64,000 bases of DNA from Oikopleura dioica. Taxonomy: Eukaryota; Animalia; Chordata. The translations under genes were made by a program, and so were the position numbers. Of this stretch, positions 36,451-48,599 are shown in pieces (position 1 is the first letter of the stretch; each line of letters opens with the position of its first letter). The notes beneath the pieces are model-generated. The model searched no databases. It was not told where the DNA came from and was given only the letters and a program-made list of their open reading frames with translations. Location: contig OU015566.1 in assembly GCA_907165135.1 (NCBI GenBank), positions 7,874,001-7,938,000 on the forward strand, given 5' to 3'.

Positions 36451-39400
36451 TTAACACAAAAATTCCCGGAAGAAGCTGATTTATGTTTGCTACAGATGAA
36501 TTACCATAAGAATTTTTCGGGCAAAAAATTTTTTTGAGATATTGGTATATTCTGAAAGCCCGTAAAAGTTATACAGAATCACCAAATTCTAGGGTCAGAT
36601 GACGTCATTATGACGTCATCGGGCTGATTTGAAAATTTTGTCTTTGGAACGCTTTTTCGAGCCGAAAACGTTTTTAATTTTATCTTTCTCGACGGATTTG
36701 GATTTTCCATGAAAAACTACGTAGGGACCCGGGATCAAACCATTGAATATCAACCATTACCGACCGGTTCAATTTTTGAAACCGGTCGGTTCGAAAAATA
36801 AACCTCGGGTCCCTACGTAGTTTTTGATGGCGAACAACATGCCATCAATCGAAAAATCTATTTCCAGCAAAAACCGCCTCAAAAAGCGTTCCAAAGTCTC
36901 ATGAATTTGGAGCCTTTTCGGACATTTATTCATCATAAATGACGTCATAATGACGTCATTGAGCCCTAGAAATTTGGGAATCGACTAATTTTGACTTGGG
37001 CTTTCAGAATATGTTCTTATCTCAAAAATTTTTTCGGCCGAAAAATTCTTATGGTAATTCATCTACAGCCAATAATCTTGAATAAATGGGTCAAAAGTGG
37101 CTTTTGTCAATGAATTTTTATAAAACGTGTAAGAAAACATTGGTGGTACTGTCGAAAACCCTCTCCTTTTTTTACCTTCAAGGATCACTAACTGTAGATT
37201 CAAAATCAAAAGAGGCGATTTTCTGGAAATTAGATTTTCTGGCATATAAGATTTTCTGGCAGTGCCAGAAAATCGCCTTTGCCAGAAAGTCTAACTGCCA
37301 GAAAGTCTAACTGCCAGAAAATCGCCTCTCTCTGCTCACATTTTCTCTTATCAGTGTGTACACTGTTTTTATGAAGATGAACAGAACAAAATGAGGAGCT
37401 CCAGAGTTGAATTTTCGAATTTCCTTAGCTAGAAAAGCTCTAATTTCTCAACGTGCTTTTCGAGATGGGCTGGTCTTATGTGCACTTGAAATGCGTGCTT
37501 AGAGCATTAAGGGTATTACCTCTGGAGTCTGCTTGAGTGATTTGGAGATGACTGCCCAGTAAAATCCTCCGGCTTTGTGGAATCCATCTGTCCTGGTTTC
37601 TAGGTCAATATGTTTCTCTTCTGTTACGAACCCGATTAGAAAACATAGTTAGATTAGTTAAAACTTGATCCCTCTTTGCCATTGACTCGCAAAATTACTA
37701 GGCATGTCATAATCCCCTCTTCCAGGTACGATCGTAGGTACACTTGGATAAGTTCTAGAGCTGCGGAAGAGCTTTGACCTCCGCCGTGAAGAGCCTCCAG
37801 TTATCTAAAACTACCCTTGAAAACTTCTCGCGAAAAGGAGCAATTTTCAACTCGCTTTAACTTTTAAATCAAAACAGAAAATGTGAAGCAGCAAAGAACT
37901 GATCCTTCAGATTGAAAAAGCCCAAGACGAAAAAGTTTCGTGAAGAACGAAGTAATGAAACTTAGCGAAGATGAAGGATTGCGACTTGTGATTAAATCGC
38001 GCTCCGTACTTCCTCTTTTATGCGACCCTCACGTGCCCGGAACCCACTGGGAGTAGAACACGAGACGTAATTTGTTACGCCGAGGAAGGGAGTTTGATGC
38101 ATAATAATGGCTCGCTTTGAGACAGTTATTTGTCTAATTAATAAAGGGGATATTGACTAATTACGAGTAGCAAGTTTACTATTCATTAGAAAGAAGGTTC
38201 TTTTTATTGCATTTTGACCTATTCCTGCATTCGTTGAAGACTTTTCAAGTCGGATATCGAAAAAGATGAACCTCATTAAATGATAATTCATCATTAAAGT
38301 CATGATTTTCTAGCGACACGTCAAATTAAAACTGCGCAAGGGCATAGAACAAGTTCCACAAAAGACTTGTCGCTAACTCGCACCCCGGCAAGTTTAACCG
38401 GTTGACACGCCGAGTGGCGCGAAAATAAGCCACTGGCAGCGAAAGCTAAACACTCAGCGGGGAGACTTGAGAATTCTTAAAAAATTAAGAATTTCAGGCG
38501 AATCCGCCGCTCTCTTCAAACGTGTTAGATAGCATCCACTTGGAGAAATCAGTAAACAAAATGGTAAAAATGGAACTTCCGGTAAATAGAAGCAGCGAAT
38601 TTGAATTCTGTAATCATTATGCTCCCCAAGAAATATGTTTCGAAAGAGCCTGAGAATAGCAGAGACCATAAATCTCGCTTTGAGAGGGTTCATCCATAGC
38701 GTCAACCGCAAGAATTCGATATCCGTTCCTTTAGGTCCACCGACCAAGAGTGTGCGTTTCCCATTTTTCAAGAACTCATCTAAAAATCAAATGTTATTTC
38801 AATCAGTTTATTTCGTTGGATCGGGGCAGAAGCGGGTTTCATTAGGGTTCAGAATTAGACAAAAAACAGAATTCGGGCAAGGCACGGACCGCTAATCTAA
38901 CCGCAAACATTAAAATAACAGAACGCTCCCCGTTGGTATTGCGCTGTTTCTGCGGGTATCACTAGGCAAGAAAGAGCCCAAGCTTCTAAAACAAACTTGA
39001 ATTAGCCGTTAGGTCACGGACTATTCAATAACTGCCTTCATCTATTTAGAGCATTTTTAGAAAAGAAGCAAAATAATGGTACCTTATATTTTTAGACAAG
39101 ATTTCTAAAGCCGGCTCTGGGAAAGTTTTACTTTGGATTTTGTTGTTGCATCAGTAACTACTTCCCAAGAGAGTGTCAGAGCGGTAGTTACGGCTTGGGA
39201 GGGGCGATATCTAAAGTGGGTAATGGATGAAAGCAGATGGCCGTCGTCCTCTGATTTCAGCCTAACCACTTACTCAACAGCTTGGTAAACATAAATCCAA
39301 AAAAAATACTTATTAGATGATACTATGGTAGGCGCGGTCCGCTTCTTTAAAAATAATTATTTATTCATTTTACAGGCATTTTTACATAGGGACGATGTCG

Positions 39401-39690
39401 TGACTTTCTCCCAAGGGCCCCGCTTCACTCGCGACGAGAGTTGATACAGTGCTAGAATTAAATTTAGAAAATAGGCTTCAATCATTAACAAAATTGAATT
39501 TAGAAATAACTGACCATATATTTATAAATAAGATAATAATTTTTACCTTTCCGCATAGTTTATTTTGATCCTCTTACGAAGATTCATTTTGTTATCCCTC
39601 TAAAATAAATTCTCTTTAAGTAAATACATTAATCTCTAATAAATTATAATTACAGAATAAAAAATTTATTCCAAAACAGTTTAAAACTGC

Positions 39691-39910
39691 CCTCTCTCTT
39701 TCTCTCTCTCTCTCTCTCTTTCCGCGCGTATTCCTTATCAGCCGGCGCGGCGTTCTGCAGACCCCCAACTCTCCTTTTCCCACGACCCCCCAGATCTCTC
39801 CTTTTCACGCGCGCGCGGCGCCTTATCAGTTCCACCTCCAAAACTCTCCTTTCGGCGCGCGCATTCGTCTCCGCCGTCCTTTTCTCCTTTTTCGCTCCTT
39901 ATCAGTATAT
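39691..39910. repeat. (CT)n tract followed by a degenerate three-unit repeat carrying CCTTATCAG, CGCG runs and CTCTCCTTT
   Basis: CCTTATCAG at 39733, 39821 and 39897. Confidence 0.55.
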
Positions 39911-42900
39911 TTTCTATTTTCAATCTTTCATCTTTCCATTTCTCCTTTTTTCCAATTTTCCGATCGTTCAAATTTTAAAGTACTGAAATTTCGACACGAA
40001 ACACTAGTAGCACCTAAGTACACTGTTCCAAAATTTATTATTCCTTGAAAATCTTTATTCTTATTATTATATACAGAAGAAAGAAGAAACTGTTCATTTA
40101 TTTTATTTTACTCTCACTCTTCCTTGATTTCAACTGCAAATAAAATTTTCTGAACAAGGGGGGAGTACTATGGTAGGCGCTCCAGAGCACGAGAGCGCGT
40201 CCTCAAAAAGGGACGTCTCTCGGGCCCAGAGCGCAGTCAGCCCGCACTCTCCCCGACAGTCAGACAGCCCACTAGATTCCGAGCCAGTTGTAGATGAGTC
40301 TAACTACGCAAGATACTTAAGAAGCCGCCAAACAAACACATGATGATCGAGCTGATTTTTGACTTGAAAAAGAAAAGTCTTCTGAGAAATTAACGCTGGG
40401 GATGAACTTATCTAATATGGCGTAATATACAGAAGGGAGGTGCAAAAGAAGTGGATTTGAGGTTTACCTTGCTCGTGGTGCAGCATTCGCAAGTAGTACC
40501 TAAAGAGAATGAATAAAAGAGGTTTTTAGAAGTTTTTAGGTATAAATAAAAATTGGAAATTATTGCGAATTTTCGAAAGAAACGGCCTTTCGTGTTAGGT
40601 CAGAGAGAGTCAGACGGCATGGCTCGGTGAATTCATGTCTATCAGTCCAAGCCCTCTGCTCATTCTGTTTTTTACGTGACGACTAATTACAACTAACAGA
40701 AAATACAACACACAAGCAAAGATAAGGAACTCCTCGTGAAATTTCATTTTATGAAGGACCCTCCTTAATTCTGAGTTTTAACGTCAAAATCAAACGATTT
40801 GGAAATATCGGCTCTTGGGAGTGTTTGAGTTTCTCATCAAGGATGTTTTTCAAGGACAAAAAACGAATTATAAAAGGTCATTTTTAATTTTTATCTGGAA
40901 CTTTCGGAGTAATTATTTTTTGGAAGTTTTGAACTCCGATGGTCCTGGTATTATTTTGAAAGCTTGACATCTGAAGGAATTGTCCCTGGAATGTGGATTG
41001 AGCGCAATTAGTGGCTTGGGTACTTTTACGCGGAATACAAGTCTCAACGTTGAGTCTCCACCGGGGTCTTCAATTTTTGAGTGCCAGCTCAAGACCGCCT
41101 ATTTCGGCGTCATTAATACTTCCGTTCGAGGCCGTTCCGAGCCTAAGTCGCAGTTTTACGCCATAAAACGTTGCCCCCGAATTTCGATTCGTTACGGCCG
41201 TAATTGCTTCAAATTTTCAGCTGATCGAGGATTTATTGAATCATAAAATCATAAAAATCAAATAGCAATGTATTTTGACGGCGACCTTTTTTTGGTTCAT
41301 TTTAACTTACTGCCACTCATTGTACAGCTTCCAGGGCAATTTTCCCTCTGTAAGTCCGATGCCTCCTTCTCTATCTCTCGCTACCAATGCGTTCCAGACC
41401 AATTTATCGCTCATCTTTACTGTTTTTATCAATCTCTTAAAAACGTCTCTTCCAAGAGTTATGAGACTCCGACAAAGATGATCAGGATTTTATTGAATTT
41501 CGTTGCTTCAAATCAAACAGAGGTAACGATTTTTATATTTGCGCGTTTTGTAGAAAGGATAAGATGACGCAACGAAATCTTTTCAGGAAGGTAAGATAGA
41601 ACTTTCGATTTTGCTGCCAGACAAGTTTCATTGAAGAAGAATAAAGATGATGGGGTGTGAACGCCGACTTAGAAAATAACGTAATTGTGTTTTCGAGTTG
41701 CATGTTCTTGGGGTCAGTGGAACCGGTCATTTCTGCTCGAGAGAAGACGATCCTGCGGGTGGTTGAAGCGTCATTTTCGAGCCCATTACCGGAATGATTA
41801 TCGCAAACTAGAGCCCTCTAATACCAAAAAAGTCCTCCTCAAGAATTCTTCTCAAGCTCTTTTTAGGTTATAAAATCTTTAACCTAGATTTTTAGAGATT
41901 CGGTTAGTTTAGAAATTGCTTTTCTTCGCTCATATCTCTCACAGTAACACACTTCCTTATCATTCTTTATGCCAGTAGTACCGAATCTTTTTCGATCAAA
42001 ATGGAAGAATATTTTTTAACCGAGCGAAACTACGGTGGTAAAAAAAGATGACCCAAGATCGCAATCGGCAAATTTTCAGCAAATTTTTGGATGAACTTTT
42101 GTCGAAAGAGGTTGATATCTGTACGTCAGGTAATTGCGCGTTTCCTTCCTATTTACTGCTCCCACGTCCTCCCATCCCCAAATGAGCTGCTAATGAACAG
42201 CGAACAACAAGCAAATTCGTGGCTAGTCGGCATAATCTTTTCTCAAACTTGTCTTTTAAGCACTGTATGTTGAGCAAGAAGATTCCGCCGAGCGTTTAGG
42301 GTGGTAGCAAGGAAACAGCATTTTTGTGATGAAATTATGCATAGATGTAGTCAGAAAAAGAGGCGAGAATTTCGAAGGAACATTGTAAGTACTGTTAGCT
42401 CTGTACATTGTTGTTGACTGATTCTCAAGAATTTCCGCTAGTTCAAGTGCTCCAAATCTAACTCAAGGGCGATTGGCTGGCAAAACTCATACTGGAGGAA
42501 CGACGTACTACTTCTGTAAAAATTCATGTGAAAAAAGTCGAACACCAATTCTCCCAGTTGGTTTTTGCCAGATATTTTCTGCTGTCTTTTTCTTTCTCTG
42601 CGCGATTTCTCGACTTTCTTGTTTGCTATTTTCAAATTAGGTTTCATGTGGTATCTCTGTTTGAGTACATTTACTCTGGGACCGGCCCCTTTTATAAATC
42701 GTAAAAGCAAAACAAAAATGCCTCGTAAACTCGCCCAGAACGGTGCTAACGAGGCAACGACGTAAAAACGCATCGTCCGTGGAGGGGGGAAAAGTTTATA
42801 GCACCTTGTGTACTATAAATTTTTCTCGGAAAATTAGACCCCCCACTTTCAAAAGGATAGACGTTCAACTTGAGCGGTTTTTTTGTTCTTTGGGATTTAT

Positions 42901-44145
42901 TCTTTGAGGGAGCAGATTGATGGGGGTCTAGAAACATTTTCAGTAAGGGATAAATTGAACTAATGGCTAGCAGACTGTAGGGGTATCTTCAAGCTAAGGG
43001 GCAGATACCAAGTATAAGTATCAATTTCTTCTGCACCTGTGAAGTCAACTTGTGAGGCCTCATGTTTTTCAGATTATCGACTTCTAGTGCACCTGTTCGA
43101 GGAATAAAAAGCACGGGCTGTGAGGAAATTTTCACATTTACTGAAAAATCAGATTTTAAAATGCAATCCGAATCAAAGATGTGATTGATAATGTCAGTAT
43201 ATTTTTGAGTGTTCTATTAAAAACCATGATAAAAATTTTATGAAATGAAAATCAAAAATACAAATAATAGTAGTTTATATATATAGTTGTTTTCGCAAAT
43301 CTGTCAATTTATATCCCTGTTCATATCTGTTTAAAATAAACCCAAAATATAGAAAATCAGTTTGTTTCTCAGACTGTTTAATTGATTGAAATTCCATCAG
43401 CCTGAAAATCTGCACCAAAAATTCCATGATTTATTTTTTTTGAAATTTTCACTTTGCAAAATGCTCCATCAAAAAGGAGACAAGATTGAGATAAGAAATT
43501 TGGCGAATTGGAACTTCTCATTTGTCATCGTGAAACTCGAAGAGCGTACTTTAGGCTCAACCGCTCGATCAATCAGCTCAACCCATCGGCAGTGGCATTA
43601 CGGTAGATTCAGCAGCAGTGCTCTAAAAAGAGTTATCTCCTTGTATTTGTCCAATCTCGCGGTATGCCACCACTACGGAAATAACAAGATAACGAATATC
43701 AACGTTCCACGCATAAGAGCAATTTTTAACAAGGAGGCTTATAAAATTTCAGCCTGGAATACTTACAGCTACTTTTTTAGAACAGTTGCGCGGCGGCAAA
43801 ATTCCATTTGGCTTGAGAAAAGGGAACATTTCCATTTCAAGCAGATTTTGTTAGAACATCTGAATGTTCGGCGCTGGAATTTTTCACAAGAAGCTCAAAA
43901 TGTTCGAACTTCTTTCTTTCACCTTTTAAAATACTGGCAGGTTACTGTAGCTCCTCGGAGAAGCCTATCCGCGTTTAATAGAGCGATAATTTTCTAAAAC
44001 CCAATTTTTTTTGATAGACGATTTATCGCTAAGTACGCCCTTAAAACTGCCATGCTTGATTAACCGCAAAAAGATACTGTATGTATAAATCACAAGTGCA
44101 GAATATAATATTCTGAGTATTTATATTTTTGAGATTGACTTCGTT

Positions 44146-44316
44146 AATATTGAATCATGAGGATCGTTTTCGAACGTTTTCGTTTATTTAAAACATCATC
44201 AGTTAGTTTTCTTTCTTTTTACTGTCGTAACAGTTTCTAGTTTTCCTGATGAATCATCAGTGATGATGTTTTAAATAAACGAAAACGTTCGAAAACGATC
44301 CTCATGATTCAATATT
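44146..44316. mobile_element. 171-bp MITE-like hairpin with 56-bp perfect inverted repeats
   Basis: AATATTGAATCATGAGGATCGTTTTCGAACGTTTTCGTTTATTTAAAACATCATCA at 44146-44201 is reverse-complemented at 44261-44316; TSD ambiguous because the ends are the palindrome AATATT. Confidence 0.75.
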
Positions 44317-47300
44317 CTGAGTATTCTTATCATTCGGACCCCAAACAACGAATCTTTATTTCCAAACTGCCAGCAGTCCTTTATCTGAGTTCCGCTTAGA
44401 GGATCCTTAAAATTGGAAAACATATAAATATACAAATATCGTTCCTGAGTGGCGACCCGCTGCGTTAAGCGAAGGTCGCTTATCATTTGTGATAACCGGA
44501 GTTTCCGAAATCCGCTTGTCGGTGTGTTCCGTTCCGTATGCCCTTCTCGCTCGTGTCCTGATTTCGATAATCTTATCCACCGCGGGACAACTTATTTACC
44601 ACTTAAAACCAGAAGGTTTCAGACAATAGACCCGCATCGCGGTTTTTTCGTTAGCTCAGGGCTCATTATCGATATAATCACTTCAAAATTGCAAATTTTC
44701 AAGTTCAGATTTTATTTATTTATCTTTATGTATAAGGTACCATATCAGGGAAAGGATAATGGTTCATTTTGAAGTTGAAAAAACTATCCGAGTTTTTTTT
44801 AAAGCCAAGCTCTTATTTTTTTGTTGAAAAATCTGTTCAAATTTGATAAAAGTGACTGTATTGCTGTTTCATTTTGAGAAATCTTGAACGATGAAAATTA
44901 CTGATTTTCATCCACCTTATATGCGTATAATCAATGGTTTGTTCCTGAGGCAATATGGAGCAAATAATATTTGCCAAATTTTCATACCGTTTCCTGAAAA
45001 TTTCAACAGCTAGCCTACGGAAAAACAGCTGTTCCACAGCCTTAAAGCCACCTACATCGGGTTGTTTTTCCTAGTTTTTTTTTCAAAATGAAACGACTTT
45101 CGCTCTTATTTTTGTAGTCCTTTTACGGGAAAGCATTTTAAAATTGAAATTGATCTGTTCTGATAATATTTCCATGTTTCAAAATGACGCATTTAACTCT
45201 CCAAGCTTTCGATATACTGCTAAGATATATCATATATGACTTTATGAATATGTATTATTTACGAATCTTTAATAATATAATTTCCGCTAATAAATCCACG
45301 CCAATGTCCTTGAAATTTGATGAGCTTTGCATATTTTTATTTTCAAGTGGTCTTAAATTAATTCTCAAAATGCAGATTTCATCCGGAAAAATCTCTCTTC
45401 TCTCAGCTGCCGTTCTAATGAGACATGGATTTGTAAAGAGAAGCTAGTTACAGATGTTAACAGGAGTAGCTAAACACGCGTGTAAGATTTATAAATATGC
45501 TAACTCGCGTTTTACAGCGACTTTCTTGCTGAAATTTTCGTGGAAAAGAGCTCGTAACTGGCAGCGATAATCGGCTCAAAATCTTCGGCTGAAGAAAATA
45601 TAATGGCCGCTCATTAGTAATCGCTGGTTTTGGTTATAATACGAATTATATAAAGCTATTGTGGCCAAAAATACACCTGATGTTTTGCGCGCCGTTTTCA
45701 CCAGCATCAAAGAGTGCACGTCTAAAAAAATGTTCCTGAGTCAGAACTAGAAACAAAGGATTTCACCTTGCGTGTTCTAAGATTCGCCTTAGTTTGCTTC
45801 TGCGCGGCCCCATGTTCTTGGTACCTGCGGCAAGTTGAGCTCTGTGTATTTGTGGTTTCTTTGTTGAACCGAGTCTTAGCCTCTCAGGAACTTTAGGTGA
45901 TACCAAGGGTTAACGTGAGAAAGCATAAGCAGCCTACATTTCAGCAGAAAGACAAGCAAATATAGCGTTATTTTCATTTATTTTACTACAGACACTAGAA
46001 CAACAGATATTCGTATTTGGCATTCAGATTCATTTTAGACAAGATAGAAGAATTCTTAAGCAGGAAATTTTCTATTTTTTTTTTGAAAATACGAAAAAAC
46101 AGCCATTTTATGGTCAATTAATACGATGAAATCGTTTGAACAGCTGTTTTTTGAGGTCAGGTGTCTCTGAGATTGGAGGCACATTGCCTTGAAAAAGCAG
46201 ATGCACTAGTGGCATAAATACACCGCTTTACTTAAAATTTCATTTCATTGTTTTTCAAATGAGTCGAAAGCGTATTAAGAACCAAAGAATGGACTTCCAT
46301 ATATTTTAAAAATATTTTAATAAATTCTGTCAATATTATTGTTGCTTTCATAACTAAATTCCTGGCCCTGAACAGTAGAAGTTAGGGTATGAATTAGGCT
46401 CCATTAAGTACGTTTCTTCCAAAAGATGCATCGCTAGAATCGATTTTTGAAAGGTATAATCAGGATCCAGCGCGTGTCAAAATCTTCCGCTTGAGGTGCC
46501 TTATCTGTGGCTTATCATAATGATGGGCCATACGGTAGGTGAAGTGCTGTCTTTTGATAAAGAATGATGAGTCTAGGACACGCATGTTCTTACTCATTTT
46601 CGGTACTGCTGTTACTGTTGTAGACTGGTGTTTCTAAAAAGTCAGCAAAAGAAGCTCCAGAGAGTTCTAAAGCGAGTCAGGTGCCAGTTTCCGCTGCTAC
46701 TCGACGAGCGGAACACCTCAAGCCGCTCCAGAACGCGGAAGTGATAAATTTGCGATATGCAAGAATTATGTGACGGCTTGTTCCACTTACCAGAAACTGC
46801 ATCACTGGAGCATTACATTACACTGGCTGCTAGTAATGACGATTCAAGTGGATTCACAGAGGATCAAACAAATAAGGTCAAGAAGATCTCAAAACAATAA
46901 AAATCAATTGAGCAGTAAAATTGAGCGAGTGAGGGAGCTTTCTTCAGTAAGTTGAAAAATGTGATTTTATAAAATGAATCAAGAATATTGAAATGATGGT
47001 AAGCCGATTGCAGATCAAAAATTTGTTCACTTGAAGAGTTAAATTTCCTGAATAAAATATTCTTTACTTATTACCAGTGTTTTCTTTTTATTAGCAGCGA
47101 CTCATTTCATAACGGCAGATGAAGCTTCTCCCGGTTGAATTTCCTTTATTCCTCCTTATTTTCCCCTAAACACGCGTTCAAAAGATCTCGCAAAAACTCC
47201 CCTGACAGCAGAAAGTTTTCAACAGAACAGTGATCAGTAGAATCGTCAAGCAGAGAGAAAGATCTGAAAATCAAGTAAAGGAGTTCTCACTATTGAATCG

Positions 47301-48599
47301 TCTAAGCCAAATATTGTGACGGTTTTTGGTAGCGCATTTTTGGTGGAGGTGTTTGTAAACAGTCTTTTTTTTGGAGCGATTATACAATTTTGATGGATTA
47401 GAAATTCTAATCAAACTTTCATAAATGGCTTCTAAAAGGTCGAAATTCATTGAAATTAGCTTTTCTGATTGGCTTAAATGGCTGAAATCGAATTTCTTAT
47501 TGGCTGAACTCCTAAAAGACGCGATGACGATATCTTTTTACACAGAAACGATCAGGAAAATTGGCTACAAGGGACCGGTTCTAGTATTTTGATTCTACGA
47601 AGAAAATTAGTTTAAAAAGAAAACTTCACAGAATTAGAAATTTTCACGCAACTTTTTCTGAAGAAAAAACATGAAGGGGCGCGGATTAAAGTGTGTTTGC
47701 GGCTGCCCAAAATCATACCCTTTTTAGCGTCTTTATTATTCTTGAGCTGGCGCGCGCGAAGACTAAACTCCAAATTCAGTTTAAAAATACTTGTATCGTG
47801 CCGGGGCAAAGTGAGCCCAGCGCGATATTTTCAAATTTAGACTGTTCAAACAAAGCATTCTAGAGGCGAAAAGTCAACCCTTCTGAATTTATTAAGCACG
47901 CCGAAAAGCGCGAGCCCGCACTTTCGACGAATTTAAAATCAATTTTGGAAATAAGAATCGATTGAAAGCGTGATCATCTGAAAGCATATCGACGGCTTTG
48001 CGAATTTAGGGTAATTTCAATAAAACAAGAATCCCCAAAAAACCTTATTTTAGGAGTCTTGGACACGCAACTCGACCACGTCGCTCGACACTCGTAAAAT
48101 CCACCATCAGTTAGTAGCTTTATTGGAGCTTCTCTAATAAATTTTGTTTATGGTCTCATGGGGCTTCGTTGAACTCTCATAAATTTTGTAGCATCGACTG
48201 GAAGGACCCGGCGATTACGCTGCCCAAGAAACGAAGAGTTCATCATCTTCCTAAAATCGAAGTTCCTACCAAATCTGCGTAATAAAAATCGACAATTACT
48301 TATTTTTTTTTCTATGAAAATGATTTAAAAAGGGAGAGGTAGATAAAAATTTTGATAAACAACTGTTTATTTGCTGGCATAAGAGAGCGTTTTTATCTAC
48401 CCATTGCACCTGCTGTTCTACTCGGTATAAGAATGGGAGAATGAAAGCTTCAAATGGAATCTTTAATGAAATGAATTGTCACCTGATAATTTGAAACCTA
48501 GATACTCGATTTCTTCTCAAAATTTTTTAAAATCCTTGCTCTTACAAAATGTTAACAAAAGTACCAATTGTGTATGTTGTTGTTACGGAAAGAAATAAT

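Larger units (their letters stand above)
34873..36490. mobile_element. TA-flanked (Tc1/mariner-type target) non-autonomous element with about 180-bp TIRs, nested in the foldback element
   Basis: TA at 34871-34872 and 36491-36492; TIR GCAAACATAAATCAGCTTCTTCCGGGAATTTTTGTGTTAA at both ends; TIR continues 35681-35820 versus 36175-36314 after removing inner insertions. Confidence 0.8.
34565..37332. mobile_element. Foldback/Mutator-like non-autonomous element, an almost complete palindrome once nested insertions are removed
   Basis: 9-bp direct repeat TGCTCACAT at 34556-34564 and 37333-37341; termini GAGAGAGGCGATTTTCTGG; arms 34565-34872 plus 36493-36770 mirror 36780-37332; modular GATTTTCTGGCAGTTA subrepeats. 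Confidence 0.9.

Noticed and set aside
42835-42930. TA-GACCCCC...GGGGGTC-TA possible mini-MITE
   Set aside because: Only 7-9 bp of low-complexity inverted repeat and no second copy seen.
43386-43997. 203-aa ORF, the longest in the right half
   Set aside because: It starts at TTG, has no recognisable domain or splice context, and its composition looks like random AT-rich DNA. A homology search could overturn this.
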